Positions 1-9,922 of a DNA stretch of 64,000 nucleotides are shown one piece after another. The number at the start of each line of letters is the position of its first letter. Positions within the stretch are counted from its first letter, which is position 1. The stretch comes from an uncultured Candidatus Bathyarchaeia archaeon (GTDB taxonomy: Archaea; Thermoproteota; Bathyarchaeia; 40CM-2-53-6; CAVXDP01): assembly GCA_964562925.1 (NCBI GenBank), contig CAZLVF010000004.1, positions 1,955 to 65,954 on the forward strand. The letters are read 5' to 3'. Made by a program: the position numbers and the translations under genes. The notes beneath the pieces are model-generated. The model worked only from the letters and a program-made list of their open reading frames with translations, made no database searches and was not told the DNA's origin.

Positions 1-1306
1 TTGGATCTATACACGTCTCCACGGCGATCCCCACCAAATGGGTTTCCAGAATGGATACCTCTTGGCTCATGAGATAGAGAGTATGCTTGAAAGGATCAAA
101 CTATACGTTGAAGGCGCATACAAGCGGAACTGGCGGTTCTTTTGTGAAACAGGCATGCAATTATATTGGCCCAAACTCCCTGAGGAGTATAGAACAGAGA
201 TTAAAGGAGTAGTAGCTGGAACTCGAGCACGTCAAGTCAGTAATATTGGTTTGGAGGATATAGTTGCTCTTAACGGTTTCTTCGACACCGTATCGTACCA
301 TTACTGGTTGAGAGCTAAGGAAGGCCAGACCCCTAGCGCTTCCGGCGGAGAGGAACATTGTAGCGCCTTCATAGCTACGGGAGAATCGACAAAGGATGGA
401 AAGATAATCCTCGCTCACAACACTTGGTTCTGGTACCTCTGGGCGGTTGGGTACAATATCATCGTAGACGCGTCTCCCACAAGTGGAAACGAGTTCTTGA
501 TGCAAACCTGCCCGGGAATCATATGTAGCGGAACCGATTGGTACCTAAGCAAATCTGGACTCGTTGTCGCGGAGACGACGATAAGTGGAATGACAACCTT
601 CAACCCGCGCGGGACTCCATACTTTATGCGCGCCAGAAGAGCAATTCAGTACGCTAAGACCGTGGACGAATGGGTGACAACAATGGTCAAAGACAACAAC
701 GGAGGTTACGCTAATGATTGGCTTATCGGAGACATAAAGACAGGAGAAGTAGCATGCCTAGAGCTAGGGACGTTCAATTACGATCTGGATCGAACCTTTG
801 ATGGAGCGTTTATGGGAAGTAACGTGGCAACAAGTGAGAAAGTTCGGGGAGAGACGGCACTCGATTATGGTGAAATGTCTGCGTCGCATACGGCGCGTCG
901 AGAAAGATGGAAGCAGATTATGGAGTCTAGTAGAGGGATATTAGATGTAGGGGTCGCACGGAAGTTCCTAGCAGATCATCACGACACCCATTCGGGCAGT
1001 GAAAGGCCGAATCGAAATACAATCTGTGGACACGTGGAATTGGACAATAGAGGCTACCCTGAATGGGAGCAGAGACCATACTCACCGATGGGTGCTCACG
1101 ACGGGAAAGTTACGAGCGGCGACCTGGCATCTACAGGCGCGTTTTGGGCGCATTGGGGGGCACCCTGCGACACCCCCTTCATCGCAGACTCCTTTCTCAA
1201 TCAACACCCTGAACACAACTGGCAAAAACCTCGTTTGAGAAGTATCGAGCCATATCCATGGACATTGTTTTCAACCTACCCTAAGTGGGCGACCAGCAGG
1301 ATTTGA
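1..1306 (+). CDS. Ntn-hydrolase, peptidase C45 / phospholipase B-like family (5' end lies before the window)
   Basis: HCSAFIATG nucleophile-Cys motif followed by LAHNTW. The frame is open upstream of the ATG at 38 (WIYTRLHGDPHQ-M), so the true start is probably outside the window. Confidence 0.75.
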   Translation, partial: WIYTRLHGDPHQMGFQNGYLLAHEIESMLERIKLYVEGAYKRNWRFFCETGMQLYWPKLPEEYRTEIKGVVAGTRARQVSNIGLEDIVALNGFFDTVSYHYWLRAKEGQTPSASGGEEHCSAFIATGESTKDGKIILAHNTWFWYLWAVGYNIIVDASPTSGNEFLMQTCPGIICSGTDWYLSKSGLVVAETTISGMTTFNPRGTPYFMRARRAIQYAKTVDEWVTTMVKDNNGGYANDWLIGDIKTGEVACLELGTFNYDLDRTFDGAFMGSNVATSEKVRGETALDYGEMSASHTARRERWKQIMESSRGILDVGVARKFLADHHDTHSGSERPNRNTICGHVELDNRGYPEWEQRPYSPMGAHDGKVTSGDLASTGAFWAHWGAPCDTPFIADSFLNQHPEHNWQKPRLRSIEPYPWTLFSTYPKWATSRI

Positions 1307-1607
1307 AAGTGATTCTGGACAAACTCCCCCAATTCTAGGTACTCAATTGGCGATTTTGCAGCAAACTCTGTCAAGATGGCGTAGTATTCAATAAACACTA
1401 TGAGAAGTAAGAAGATCGTATCTGGCCGAACGACGGCTTGTTAGAGAACCCGTTGAAAACGATGCGCGACTGAGCAAGAATAGGAGACTCGGCTCTAGAT
1501 AGATTGTACAAGAGAGACGGGCTAGAGAGACCAGAGAGAACTTCGTCGATGCCGTTAGCGAGGAATCAAAGTTTCCTTTTTTCTCTCCGTTAGGCCGATA
1601 CTGGGGA

Positions 1608-3224
1608 CTACTCAGGCGGGATCTCCCTGAACGCAAGTGATATGTCTATTCCTTCTGTACGCATTCTGTAGTATTTGAAAGCGAAGTAGACGATGGCAGC
1701 AAAAATCCCGAGCGCAACTAGTGTCGGCACGTTCTGAGTGCCCCCGAGCTCAGGCACGCCCAAGTTTACGGCGATGAACCATCCCATCGAAATAACTCCG
1801 AGTATTCCAGCAACTGTGATTAGTGGAATACCTCCGACTACATATTTCGCAGCTGGCGAAGCCTTGTACACACTTTTTAGCCTATATGGAAATACGGTTG
1901 CTGACAGGCATCCACAGAACCAAAGTGCAGCTTGCCCCGCGACCATGAAAGCCCAGTAGTGCCAGAAGGCGGGGTAGAAGTATGTCATTGTCTGCCACAC
2001 TAAACCACCCGCGGCCAAGACTAGGTATCCCACAAGGGGGATGTGGAACCGTGGGTGCACATATGCCAATTTCCTTGGAAGTACCCCGTCGAACGCCATG
2101 GCGAAGATGTATCTTACCGGAAGCACGTTGTTCATAGAGTTCGAGTAGAGAGCTCCGAAAGAAAATCCAACACCAACTACCACTGAAACCAGAGAAAGAG
2201 CAGATTCTCCCAAAGCCATGCCCGGCAGGTAGGTAGATGTGAAGGCCCAATAAAATGGTAAAGTATCCACAAGTTCATTCCCTTCGTTACCTAGGTAGAA
2301 TATTGCAGTGTGTATCTCGGACGCGAGACTTGTGTATAGAGTAAAATAAACTGAAACGAGTACGGCGGCCACTACCAAGGGAATGAACATCATAAATATG
2401 TTCGACTTCGCGCGTTCAGCGTTCTTTATCTCCCCCACCAAGGGCAACGCAGCCCAAGCAAAGATCGTGATTCCTGAGGCGCCCATTGCACCTACAACCA
2501 TTGTGTCGTATGCGTTGTACGGTTCCCCAAAAGGCAAAATCCCTGTCCAACCAGCGGCCTTCGCCGTGTCGATGAAGTTTTGATAGGCGCCAGCGCCCAT
2601 CATCGCATTGAAGCCCGAAATCAGGGAAGAGCGATCCAAGGAAAGCAACATCGAAATCATTGTAAGGTTTACTATCAGCGCCAATATAGCTACAAATATT
2701 CCAATTTGGCCTGTTCTCTTTATCCCCCACACAATGATCGCGAGAGGACCAATCGTTCCCACGGCGGTTAGTATTTCGAGCCCTATCCCACTACTAGCCC
2801 ACGCCGCGGCTTCGACGAATCCGAAGCCATTCAGAAGTGTTGATACGCCAGTTGTTGCGAAAACCCAGCCGTTGAAGGTCAACCAAGGACAGAAGATTAC
2901 TGCGAACATGAATCCGACTACTATGCCCAAAACGGAGTTGATTGTCCGGCTGACCCACACGTAATCCCCGCTACTCCGAGGCATAGCACTCATCATCAAG
3001 CCATACGCTACTATTGGAGGGATACCCATAACCACCGAGATCAGTATAGCTAAGGGGAGATTCGCGTGTGGGAAGAGCAGCGTAGCCATCGAATAGTAGC
3101 CAGGCAACGAGACCGGTACCGCCATGAACGGCCACACCGCGTTGAAGAAGCCCGTATAACCTTGCGTGAATTCCCTGACAAGTCCACTTGACGGTCTAGC
3201 AAAAGCGAAACTCTTTTCCGTCAA
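1608..3224 (-). CDS. APC-family amino acid/polyamine permease
   Basis: About 12 hydrophobic segments; N-terminal FARPSSGLVREF, MPRSSGDYVWVSR, RYIFAMAFDGVLP and C-terminal GIDISLAFREIPPE. Confidence 0.85.
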   Translation of the reverse strand: MTEKSFAFARPSSGLVREFTQGYTGFFNAVWPFMAVPVSLPGYYSMATLLFPHANLPLAILISVVMGIPPIVAYGLMMSAMPRSSGDYVWVSRTINSVLGIVVGFMFAVIFCPWLTFNGWVFATTGVSTLLNGFGFVEAAAWASSGIGLEILTAVGTIGPLAIIVWGIKRTGQIGIFVAILALIVNLTMISMLLSLDRSSLISGFNAMMGAGAYQNFIDTAKAAGWTGILPFGEPYNAYDTMVVGAMGASGITIFAWAALPLVGEIKNAERAKSNIFMMFIPLVVAAVLVSVYFTLYTSLASEIHTAIFYLGNEGNELVDTLPFYWAFTSTYLPGMALGESALSLVSVVVGVGFSFGALYSNSMNNVLPVRYIFAMAFDGVLPRKLAYVHPRFHIPLVGYLVLAAGGLVWQTMTYFYPAFWHYWAFMVAGQAALWFCGCLSATVFPYRLKSVYKASPAAKYVVGGIPLITVAGILGVISMGWFIAVNLGVPELGGTQNVPTLVALGIFAAIVYFAFKYYRMRTEGIDISLAFREIPPE

Positions 3225-3305
3225 AACCCTTTCACACGATGTTGGCCTCGGTTAGTATTTAACACTTGGCAAACAATTCTCCCTTAGGGGCGGAACAACA
3301 AAGAC

Positions 3306-4262
3306 ATGAAAAGGATTCTCTACGCAACCGATGTGCACGGATCAGAAAGGTGCTTTATGAAGCTTCTGAATGGCGGAAAACTGTACAAGGCCCATGCCAT
3401 TATTCTGGGCGGCGACATCACAGGAAAAATGATTATTCCAATAGTACAAAGCCAAGATGGGTCATATTACACGCAATTCCTTGGGCAAGATTGGAACATA
3501 GAAACGCAGGAACAGCTAGCTGAACTGGAAAGAAGCATAGTGAATTCGGGCTTCTACCCTTATCGAACTAGTCAAACTGAGTTCGAAGGACTCGTTACCG
3601 ACCGTTCAAGAATGGATGAGTTGTTCAAGCGGCTGATCCTTGAAAGACTGAGATCGTGGCTACGTCTAGCCAAGGAACGTTTGCAGGATACGGACATAAA
3701 ACTCTACGTTACAGGGGGTAATGATGACCATCCCTTTATTCATCCCGTTCTAGAAGAAGATGGTTTTGTAGTGAATCCTGAAGATAGGGTCGTAAACATA
3801 GATGAGTATCATGAGATGATCAGTCTTGGCTACGCCAATATAACCCCTTGGAAATGTCCCAGAGATATTCCTGAGGAGGACCTTACCGACAAGATCGACG
3901 CACTTGCAAATCAAGTCAGAGACATGAGTAACTGCGTCTTCAACTTTCATGTGCCCCCGATCGACTCGGAGATCGACGCCGCCCCCATGCTGGACACCAC
4001 CACATATCCTCCGAAGGTCATCGCGTCCGGCGGCTCTCCAGTGATGATCGGAGCCGGCAGCGGAGCGGTTCGTAGAGCGATCGAAACCTACCAACCTCTG
4101 TTGGGATTGCATGGTCATATCCACGAATCAAGAGGCTTCTTCAAGATCGGGAGAACCTTATGCATTAACCCGGGCAGTGAGTATGGAGAAGGAATACTCC
4201 GGGCGGTCATAGTGAATCTTGAGAAAGACAAAGTGAAAGGGTACCAATTCGTTTCAGGGTAA
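3306..4262 (+). CDS. Calcineurin-like metallophosphoesterase (Icc-related)
   Basis: DVHG, GGDITG, GGNDD, FHVPP, HGHIHE and INPGS metal-binding motifs. Confidence 0.85.
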   Translation: MKRILYATDVHGSERCFMKLLNGGKLYKAHAIILGGDITGKMIIPIVQSQDGSYYTQFLGQDWNIETQEQLAELERSIVNSGFYPYRTSQTEFEGLVTDRSRMDELFKRLILERLRSWLRLAKERLQDTDIKLYVTGGNDDHPFIHPVLEEDGFVVNPEDRVVNIDEYHEMISLGYANITPWKCPRDIPEEDLTDKIDALANQVRDMSNCVFNFHVPPIDSEIDAAPMLDTTTYPPKVIASGGSPVMIGAGSGAVRRAIETYQPLLGLHGHIHESRGFFKIGRTLCINPGSEYGEGILRAVIVNLEKDKVKGYQFVSG

Positions 4263-4271
4263 AGAACCAGG

Positions 4272-5054
4272 TTGGAGGAGAGGATGGCCCAGACGACTAG
4301 GGACATGGACCTTGTGCAGAAAGCCAAAGAGATAGTAGATGCGGGCAAACAGGTCGGAGTGCCCATAAGAATTCTAGGCGCCATAGCTACAAGACTGCAT
4401 TGCTCCGTAGACTCTACGTCGGGCTTGAAGAGAGAACTGTCAGATATTGACCTCATGGCCTATGGCAGATTTCGAGAGCAGATAAAACGGCTGCTACTAG
4501 ACCTAGGGTATACCCCGAATGAGAGGTTCATAGCATTATATGGGCATCTGCGATTCATATTCTACGATAAAGACAAGAACACAATAGATGTCTTCTTCGA
4601 CAAGCTCCCAATGTGCCACACTATTGATTTTGCGGGAAGGCTTGAACTTGACTATCCCACAATCACACTATCGGATTTAATGCTGACAAAGTTACAAATT
4701 GTTCAATTCGAAGAGAAGGACTTCAAGGATCTAGTTTGTATATTGAGAGAGCATGAGGTTGGGACAACAGATCAGGAGACAGTAAACGCAAATCGTATTG
4801 CGGACGTGCTAGCCAAAGATTGGGGTTTCTACTACACAGTAACCTCAAATCTGAAAAAGGTTGAAGATGCCCTAGACCAGCCCAATATGACAAGCCACGA
4901 CAAAGAAACCGTGAAGGGCAGAATCGAAGAAATATTAGAATGTATGGAAACGGTCCCTAAGGACCTGAGTTGGCGCATACGTGCCAAAGTCGGAACGAAG
5001 AAGAAGTGGTATACAGAGATCGAGTACCGAGAGAACTACGACCAATCTAGATAG
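4272..5054 (+). CDS. Pol-beta-type nucleotidyltransferase-fold protein of unknown function
   Basis: ILGAIA...SDIDL (G-x-x-A plus DxD) and a third acidic strand, IDVF. Starts 9 bp after the phosphoesterase. Confidence 0.6.
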   Translation: MEERMAQTTRDMDLVQKAKEIVDAGKQVGVPIRILGAIATRLHCSVDSTSGLKRELSDIDLMAYGRFREQIKRLLLDLGYTPNERFIALYGHLRFIFYDKDKNTIDVFFDKLPMCHTIDFAGRLELDYPTITLSDLMLTKLQIVQFEEKDFKDLVCILREHEVGTTDQETVNANRIADVLAKDWGFYYTVTSNLKKVEDALDQPNMTSHDKETVKGRIEEILECMETVPKDLSWRIRAKVGTKKKWYTEIEYRENYDQSR

Positions 5055-5204
5055 ACAACTGGATTGTCAACAACTTTGTACTGCCTCTCTTGACGATTCT
5101 AGAGCCGTGTCCTCCCCTCGAGGTCGAAAGGCTCCTGCGACTTTCAGGTAATCATATGAGTCACAATTTGGCGCAGTGATTCATGAATCTGCTGGTGAAT
5201 ACAG

Positions 5205-6245
5205 ATGTCTGACTGGGAGAAGACGTTGGATGAATATGGCTTGAAGATTGAGCAGAGGTTATCGGGCTTTCTGAAGAATGAGGCTAAGGACGCGGTCGGC
5301 TATCACAGTTTCGTTGGAAGACTCTACTTGGACCTCTATGATTATGTATTCAGAGGTGGGAAAAGGCTGGCTTTGTGTAGTACCCTTCTCACCTATAGAG
5401 GGTTTACTGGCGAGGTCGATGATCGAATCCTAGATGTTTGTGTGGGGATTGAGCTCTACCGCCACGCGATACTAGTACATGACGATCTGGTTGATGATGA
5501 TGAGTTACGGCGTGGAGCCGGAACCATTCACAAGATGTATTCTCAGGAGAAGAATTCACGGTTTGGAAATGGTATGGCGGTCTTTGCGGGAAATATCTTG
5601 TACACCTTGGCCTTGAAAGCGTTTGGCGGTTCAGGCTTGCTTTCGGACAAGATTGTTGAAGTCTTGAAGCTGCTGAATGATGCTTTTCAATCAGTGAATG
5701 AAAGCCAAATTCTAGATCTTCTCTTCGAGTACAAGACGCCAGACGTAGATGAATGGTATGTCATGGCCTCAAAGCGAGCCGCATCGCTCTTCAAAGCCTC
5801 GTTACGCATAGGCGCAGTCTTAGCAGACGCCTCAGACAGAGATGTCAAATTGTTATGTGATGCGGCTGAGCATATAGGCTACTGCTTCGACATCCAAGAC
5901 GATATCATCGATACATTCGCAACAGAAGAGCAGTATGGTAGAAAGCCTGGCGGAGATCTATCCAAACATAAGAAGCCGCTCCACATCGTCTACACGTATA
6001 GAATGGCGAATCAATCACAGCTGCAAACATTTGAGAACGGTATTTGCAAAGATCCTTTAGATCTGGCTGTGATAAGAAGGATAGTATCAGATTGTGGGGC
6101 CCTGGAAGCAGCTAAGAACCATTCGAGAACGCATGCTGACTCAGCTAAGAGATTGATTTCAGAGACAACTATGAGCAAAGACGTCAAGAGCTTCTTTATC
6201 TCGTTCATCGACTACGTGAAAGACAGCCTCAACTGGTACAGGTAG
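5205..6245 (+). CDS. trans-Polyprenyl diphosphate synthase
   Basis: GGKRL, first Asp-rich motif LVHDDLVDDDELRRG, second motif IQDDIID, and GRKPGGDL. Confidence 0.9.
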   Translation: MSDWEKTLDEYGLKIEQRLSGFLKNEAKDAVGYHSFVGRLYLDLYDYVFRGGKRLALCSTLLTYRGFTGEVDDRILDVCVGIELYRHAILVHDDLVDDDELRRGAGTIHKMYSQEKNSRFGNGMAVFAGNILYTLALKAFGGSGLLSDKIVEVLKLLNDAFQSVNESQILDLLFEYKTPDVDEWYVMASKRAASLFKASLRIGAVLADASDRDVKLLCDAAEHIGYCFDIQDDIIDTFATEEQYGRKPGGDLSKHKKPLHIVYTYRMANQSQLQTFENGICKDPLDLAVIRRIVSDCGALEAAKNHSRTHADSAKRLISETTMSKDVKSFFISFIDYVKDSLNWYR

Positions 6246-6469
6246 ACGCATATTTCTTTGGCTGCCGGTTTGACATTTCAATGGTCAAGGGAGCTTTGAA
6301 CCAAGCCAGAGCCATGCCATCCGATGGCATGAGAGCTAGGTTAATGTGCGGAAGTCCATTACACAACTGTTAGAACCTGTGAAATTTTCAAAATCAAGCA
6401 TGGGCTCGTTGGTACGTGGATCGATCAGAACGAGATTTTTAAGCGAAGGTTGAGCATCTATCGATAGCA

Positions 6470-6874
6470 ATGATTTCAGAAATTGAATTGATCTTTAGAA
6501 TTGTTCTAGCCTTTGTACTTGGCGGGCTTATCGGCTTTGAGAGGGAGAGACTTGACAAGCCTGCTGGACTTAGAACTCACATACTAGTGTCCGTGGGGTC
6601 AGCTCAGTTCACGATCCTATCGTTCTACGCATTTCCAGGCAGCGACCCAGCCCGTATAGCGGCCTATGTAGTTGCGGGTATTGGTTTTATTGGAGCAGGC
6701 ACCATAATTCAAGCTCGAGACAGAGTTATTGGAGTAACCACGGCCGCATCTCTCTGGATAGCATCTTCTGTGGGAATGGCTGTGGGGATAGGCTTCTACT
6801 TGGCCGCTGTGGTGGTCACGGTGATCTCCTATCTAACATTGAAGCTAAGATGGGTAGAAAGGAAGTTAGCATAG
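6470..6874 (+). CDS. MgtC/SapB family membrane protein
   Basis: GFERE, AGLRTH, DPARIAAYVVAGIGFIGAG and GVTTAASLW motifs. Confidence 0.92.
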   Translation: MISEIELIFRIVLAFVLGGLIGFERERLDKPAGLRTHILVSVGSAQFTILSFYAFPGSDPARIAAYVVAGIGFIGAGTIIQARDRVIGVTTAASLWIASSVGMAVGIGFYLAAVVVTVISYLTLKLRWVERKLA

Positions 6875-7339
6875 AGGTCAACCATACACGATCTCAGTTG
6901 TTCTAGACAACTTTGCTAGTGTAAGGTAGCAGTCTGATCCTACTAGTGATGGACTCCCGAAGCCCCCCTCCTCGACGAGATAACTGATACCAAGAACCCT
7001 CTGTAAACGGGTCGATGCAGATAGAGAGAGGATGCCCACGATGATGAAGCTTCTGCAGCGTCACGTTGACAGCTCTCCGCTGGTATCCGTTTGAAGAAAT
7101 AGAGGGAGCTAAGGGTTAACAGTCAGGCAGGTGTCAGGAGAGGTATCCTACACGGTGAAGATGTCTTTTCTCTACGGTTCTAGGACCACAGCCACGAATA
7201 GCGAGAGGATATTGGAGTTGCGCAGGCTGACGAGTACGGCTGTGAACAGTGGAGCAAGCAATAAATATTCAGTTCCTTACTGAGAGGGCCACGACATGGG
7301 CTGCAGATATCCATTCCAACTCGAAGCGATGATAGGCCT

Positions 7340-7969
7340 TTGATACTGGAACTTATGGCTTCGTACGGCTACCTAGGCGTTCTGCTTCTAGTTTTAGCAA
7401 TAAATCTCTTACCGTTCGCCTCTCCCTCTAACCTCTTTCTCGCAGGGGCGATCGCCTACTTTACCGGAATCGGCCCAGCTACCGTAGCGTTCTTGGTATC
7501 AACTGGCGCAACTTCAGCCAAACTCGTTCACTATTACTTCGCTGCAATCATAGGCAAGCGAGTCAACAGCTCAAGAGGTAAACTCGCCAAGTACGGTGAA
7601 ACGATCGGGCGATGGGGAGCTTTAGGAGCGTTCATAGCAGCCGCAACGCCTCTCCCCGACGACCCGGTCGTCATACCTCTCGGATTAGTCAGGTACAACA
7701 CGCTAAGATTCGTCATTTCCTACTTTCTTGGAAAACTGATGATCACGCTACTCGGCGCCTACATAGTGAAGGCCACCGCGATAACACTTGAGACGATCTT
7801 TGGAAACAGCGCGTCTATAGCGGGCTCGATCATCGTCTCGATCTTGGCTATAACAATTCTACTCAAGATCGACCCCGTCAAGATGCGCGAGTACGTATCA
7901 AAGCTGCGCAGCAAACAAAACAAACAACAGGCGAAGCGCCTCGAGAATATCAGTGAGACGTTGACCTAA
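7340..7969 (+). CDS. DedA/VTT (SNARE-associated-like) membrane protein
   Basis: Hydrophobic protein with NLLPFASP and AATPLPDDPVVIPLG motifs. Confidence 0.75.
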   Translation: MILELMASYGYLGVLLLVLAINLLPFASPSNLFLAGAIAYFTGIGPATVAFLVSTGATSAKLVHYYFAAIIGKRVNSSRGKLAKYGETIGRWGALGAFIAAATPLPDDPVVIPLGLVRYNTLRFVISYFLGKLMITLLGAYIVKATAITLETIFGNSASIAGSIIVSILAITILLKIDPVKMREYVSKLRSKQNKQQAKRLENISETLT

Positions 7970-8115
7970 CCGAGGACACTTAGGATTCTATCTCGTTTCG
8001 TCATCGATCTTGTGGACTTGGCTTCAAACGGAATCATCTGTCTTGGCTGACTAAGGCCTGTTCAACTGTTAAGGTCTAGAAGTAATGCAAATAGGTTGGT
8101 CCATTTGACATACGT

Positions 8116-9099
8116 TTGGTCTGTAGGTTGGAGAATGTAATAGAGACTCTTGATCTAACAAAACGGTTTAAGGATCTCACCGCGGTCGATCATATCAACT
8201 TGAAGATCAGACATCGAGAGATCTTCGGCCTGCTTGGACCCAACGGCGCAGGTAAGACCACAACGATCTCGATGTTATGCACAATTCTAAAACCGACGGA
8301 GGGAACTGCCACTGTCAATGGTTACGACATACTCAATGAACCTCACATGGTCAGGAAATCTATCGGAATAGTATTTCAACAGCCCAGTGTGGACGACATC
8401 CTTACAGGCAGAGAGAACCTTCGCCTTCACGCGATGTGGTACGGCGTCCCGAAAGAGGTGCGTGTCAAGAGAATAGACGAGGTTCTGAAGTTGGTCGGCC
8501 TCGAATCTCGTCAACACAGTCTAGTCAAGACATACTCTGGAGGAATGAGAAGGCGTTTAGAGCTTGCACGGGGGCTTCTCCATCTTCCTGAAGTATTGTT
8601 TCTAGATGAGCCGACATTGGGGCTCGACCCGCAGACACGTGAACATATCTGGGAGTACATAGAGAGCCTCCCTGAGGAACGTGAGATGACGATCGTCCTC
8701 ACAACACACTACATGGAAGAGGCTGACAAGCTCTGTGATAGGATCGCTATAATCGATGAGGGAAAGATCATCGTCATGGACGACCCTGAAAGCCTCAAGG
8801 AAAAGGTCGGTGGAGACCTCGTCTGTCTCAAGACCGCGACCGTTACCGTTGATCGGTTGAAGAAGATAGATAGCGTAAGCAAGGTCGAGGCTAAAAATGG
8901 CTATATCGTCTTAACCGTCAAGAACGCAAGCCAAAACCTCAAAGAGATCCTTGACAGTGCTGGAAAGATTGAGAGCGTCGAGATAAGATCTGCCAGCCTG
9001 AATGACGTCTTCCTAAGTTACACCGGTAAAGAGATCAGAACCGAGACCGGTGAGGGAGGAATCTTTGAGCGAGTGATGCGGGAGAGGTCTTCGAGATGA
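8116..9099 (+). CDS. ABC-2 (DrrA-like) exporter ATP-binding subunit
   Basis: GPNGAGKTT, YSGGMRRR, LFLDEPT, TTHYM. Confidence 0.92.
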   Translation: MVCRLENVIETLDLTKRFKDLTAVDHINLKIRHREIFGLLGPNGAGKTTTISMLCTILKPTEGTATVNGYDILNEPHMVRKSIGIVFQQPSVDDILTGRENLRLHAMWYGVPKEVRVKRIDEVLKLVGLESRQHSLVKTYSGGMRRRLELARGLLHLPEVLFLDEPTLGLDPQTREHIWEYIESLPEEREMTIVLTTHYMEEADKLCDRIAIIDEGKIIVMDDPESLKEKVGGDLVCLKTATVTVDRLKKIDSVSKVEAKNGYIVLTVKNASQNLKEILDSAGKIESVEIRSASLNDVFLSYTGKEIRTETGEGGIFERVMRERSSR

Positions 9100-9842
9100 G
9101 CCGAGCCGAGGGGATATATGGGCTCTGGTTAAGAGAATTCAAAGTGTTTACACGAGAGAGGTCGAGAGTCCTAACCTCGATCTTCACCCCGATACTCTGG
9201 ATATTCGTGTTTGGAGGAGGGCTAGGGTCGGTTGTGGATATCGGAGGGGTAAATTACCAAGTATTTATCTACCCAGGTATTCTGGCGATGAGCGTTCTCT
9301 TCACATCGGTCTTCTATGGAGTTTACATCGTCTGGGATAGAAGGATCGACATACTCAAAGAGGTTCTCGTGGCCCCGCTCTCTAGAACATCAATATTTGT
9401 CGGCAAGGTTCTTGGTGGATGCACAGACTCGATGATTCAAGCCTCCGTTATGCTTCTGATAAGCTTCGCAGTGGGGGTAACCCTTTCTACCACAGCATTC
9501 ATCCTGGCTCTTCTGCTCCTCTTCTTGTTGACTCTGAGCCTAGTAAGCACCGGCCTGGTAATAGGCTCACTTATGGAGAGCCCTGAAGGGTTCAACATGG
9601 TTGTCAGCTTTCTTGTCTTTCCCCTCTTCTTCTTCAGTGGCGCCCTCTATCCCTTGGACAATCTTCCAACTTGGCTTTCAGCGATAACTTACATCGACCC
9701 CGTAACATATGGCGTCGATGGACTAAGAACTGTCATCATAGGAGTTTCAAGGTTTCCATTCTACATAGATCTGGCGGTCCTTGTAGTGTTCGCTGTGATC
9801 ATGTTCACTGTGGGAACGAAGGCATTCGAGCATATGAAGTAA
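9096..9842 (+). CDS. ABC-2 exporter permease
   Basis: Six hydrophobic segments, LKEVLVAP, FFSGALYP, PVTYGVDGLR. ATGA overlap with the ATPase. Confidence 0.9.
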   Translation: MSRAEGIYGLWLREFKVFTRERSRVLTSIFTPILWIFVFGGGLGSVVDIGGVNYQVFIYPGILAMSVLFTSVFYGVYIVWDRRIDILKEVLVAPLSRTSIFVGKVLGGCTDSMIQASVMLLISFAVGVTLSTTAFILALLLLFLLTLSLVSTGLVIGSLMESPEGFNMVVSFLVFPLFFFSGALYPLDNLPTWLSAITYIDPVTYGVDGLRTVIIGVSRFPFYIDLAVLVVFAVIMFTVGTKAFEHMK

Positions 9843-9922
9843 GACTTCAGACCAGACGTGAGTCAGAATGTGAGGTGCGCCTTTTGATATTGAGAAGACA
9901 GAGAGTGTAGGCTCGAGGAAGT

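Noticed and set aside
6313..6331. 8-bp perfect inverted repeat CATGCCAT-CCG-ATGGCATG (a similar one, GAGCTCTC-AACAA-GAGAGCTC, lies near 48089-48109)
   Set aside because: Isolated short hairpins downstream of genes; plausible terminators or chance, with no further support.
6880..7330. Possible C/D box sRNA (ATGATGA near 7040) or decayed membrane-protein gene in a 460-bp gap
   Set aside because: No properly spaced CTGA D or D' boxes. The minus-strand hydrophobic fragments are broken by several stops and match no family I recognise.
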